Translations under genes and position numbers: made by a program | Shown: piece by piece, positions 60,439 through 61,466 of the stretch | Layout: every line of letters starts with the position of its first letter | Numbering within the stretch: position 1 is the first letter of the stretch | Assembly: GCA_902539825.1 (NCBI GenBank) | Contig: CACBMH010000004.1 | Span: 1-61,466 of the forward strand | Reading direction: 5' to 3' | Origin: an uncultured Alphaproteobacteria bacterium | Lineage (GTDB): Bacteria > Pseudomonadota > Alphaproteobacteria > HIMB59 > GCA-002718135 | Length of the DNA stretch: 61,466 bases | The notes under the pieces: generated by a model | The model's input: only the letters and a program-made list of their open reading frames with translations | What the model was told of the DNA's origin: nothing | Databases searched by the model: none

Positions 60439-60743
60439 TGACTATAAAAATTTATAAACCATCAAAAACTTCTATGCAATCGGGTTTTAAAAAAACTAAA
60501 TTATGGTTAGCTGAATATATTTCTGAAGTAGAAAAAGTAAAAGATTCTTTAATGGGGTGGAATAGTTCATTAGATACCAAATCTCAGATTAAACTTTTTT
60601 TTGATACCAAAGAACAAGCTATTGAATGGGCAAAAAAAAATAATTATCAATATTTTGTCGAAGAACCAAAGCAAAGAAAAATTAAACCAAAAAGTTATGC
60701 TTCAAATTTTGATACAAATAGAAAAGAGCCTTGGACACATTAA
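60438..60743 (+). CDS. ETC complex I subunit (NDUFS4-like)
   Basis: IYKPSKTSMQSG, DSLMGWNSS.DT..Q, SYASNF. Confidence 0.9.
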   Translation: MTIKIYKPSKTSMQSGFKKTKLWLAEYISEVEKVKDSLMGWNSSLDTKSQIKLFFDTKEQAIEWAKKNNYQYFVEEPKQRKIKPKSYASNFDTNRKEPWTH

Positions 60744-60790
60744 GTATAATTTCTTTCTTTATTTTTTAGACTATGATAAATGCAAACTAT

Positions 60791-60866
60791 GCGCCCGTAG
60801 CTCAGTGGATAGAGCAACCGCCTTCTAAGCGGTAGGTCAAATGTTCGAATCATTTCGGGCGCGCCA
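60791..60866 (+). tRNA. tRNA-Arg(TCT)
   Basis: GCGCCCG/CGGGCGC acceptor, ACCGC-CTTCTAA-GCGGT anticodon arm, AAATG-TTCGAAT-CATTT T arm, CCA. Confidence 0.96.
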
Positions 60867-60870
60867 AATA

Positions 60871-61464
60871 TTAAAATTTTGCTGCCTCCTCATCAATAAA
60901 TGCATTGAAAGAAACTGATCTTCTTTCCTCATCAGAAAAGAATGGATAGACTGTATGCATCATATAACTAGGAAATATAAATAAATCTCCAACTTCAGGT
61001 TTAACATCATACACGGAGGAAACTAAAAGCTGTGTTGATCCATGAATAAAAGCAATTTTTCCATTCTTATTTTGATCTTTGTACGATGAGCCTAAGTCCT
61101 TTGGCATTTTTGTGTACATTACTCCTGACAGATGACCATCATGCCAATGAATTGGATTATAATCACTCTCAAATTGACAAACTGCCCAACTAGATTTTAA
61201 ATCAAATTTCTTAATTTCTTTTTGTAATGTTGATTTAACAAAATTAAATACAAATTGATGAAGAACATCATTTAAATTTTGATCAAGAAATTCTTTTGTT
61301 AATCTAATTTCATATTTAATTTCACCTGCTAATTGTTTGCCATGGTATAATTCATCAATTTTATTTTCATCTTTTAATATTTCATCAATATGATTGTTGA
61401 GTGTAGTTATTGTATCATCTGATAATTTATATTTACCTATAGCTGGTGAAAATGGTCGTATAAT
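60871..61464 (-). CDS. Putative 2OG-Fe(II) oxygenase (TIGR02466-like); 5' end lies beyond the window
   Basis: Frame is open from the window end: IIRPFSPAIG...SWAVCQFESDYNPIHWHDGHLSGVMY...PEVGDLFIFPSYMMHTVYPF..RRSVSFNA. The ORF track shows only the last 82 aa. Confidence 0.8.
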   Translation of the reverse strand: MIRPFSPAIGKYKLSDDTITTLNNHIDEILKDENKIDELYHGKQLAGEIKYEIRLTKEFLDQNLNDVLHQFVFNFVKSTLQKEIKKFDLKSSWAVCQFESDYNPIHWHDGHLSGVMYTKMPKDLGSSYKDQNKNGKIAFIHGSTQLLVSSVYDVKPEVGDLFIFPSYMMHTVYPFFSDEERRSVSFNAFIDEEAAKF

Positions 61465-61466
61465 TT

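Noticed and set aside
60601-60828. 75-aa ORF on + strand
   Set aside because: Out of frame within the NDUFS4-like gene and runs into tRNA-Arg.
1-61466. CRISPR arrays, rRNA, IS elements, tmRNA near smpB
   Set aside because: No regularly spaced repeats or transposase motifs, and no intergenic region of suitable size and composition.

Overview
Very AT-rich, densely packed chromosomal segment of a genome-streamlined marine alphaproteobacterium (SAR11/HIMB59-AEGEAN-169-like; the assignment is inferred from gene order, composition and proteorhodopsin). Most of it is core alphaproteobacterial synteny: dapA-smpB-rpoZ-spoT-acpS-lepB-rnc-era-recO-parC; rpiB-glyA-nrdR-ribD-ribE-ribB-ribH-nusB-thiL-hppA; bamE/cbp3-rpmF-plsX-ihfA-merR; and rplM-rpsI-argC-hom-recJ. 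It also holds four tRNAs (Ser-GCT, Glu-TTC, Pro-TGG, Arg-TCT), a blue-tuned proteorhodopsin, a compact TPP riboswitch on thiBP, a TRAP transporter, a sugar-type ABC transporter and acyl-CoA catabolic genes. No integrase, transposase, prophage or CRISPR array was seen. The best leads are: (i) a two-domain PD-(D/E)xK-like nuclease with a putative PUA-like reader domain directly behind tRNA-Pro, a candidate stand-alone modification-dependent defence gene; (ii) a plant-type SABATH methyltransferase tail-to-tail with a TRAP system whose DctM and DctQ carry large extra domains; (iii) head-to-head gene pairs with only 1-16 bp between start codons, implying bidirectional or leaderless promoters; and (iv) two ABC clusters with no local ATPase, plus precise absences of pdxJ, fabH and glpX from conserved operons.
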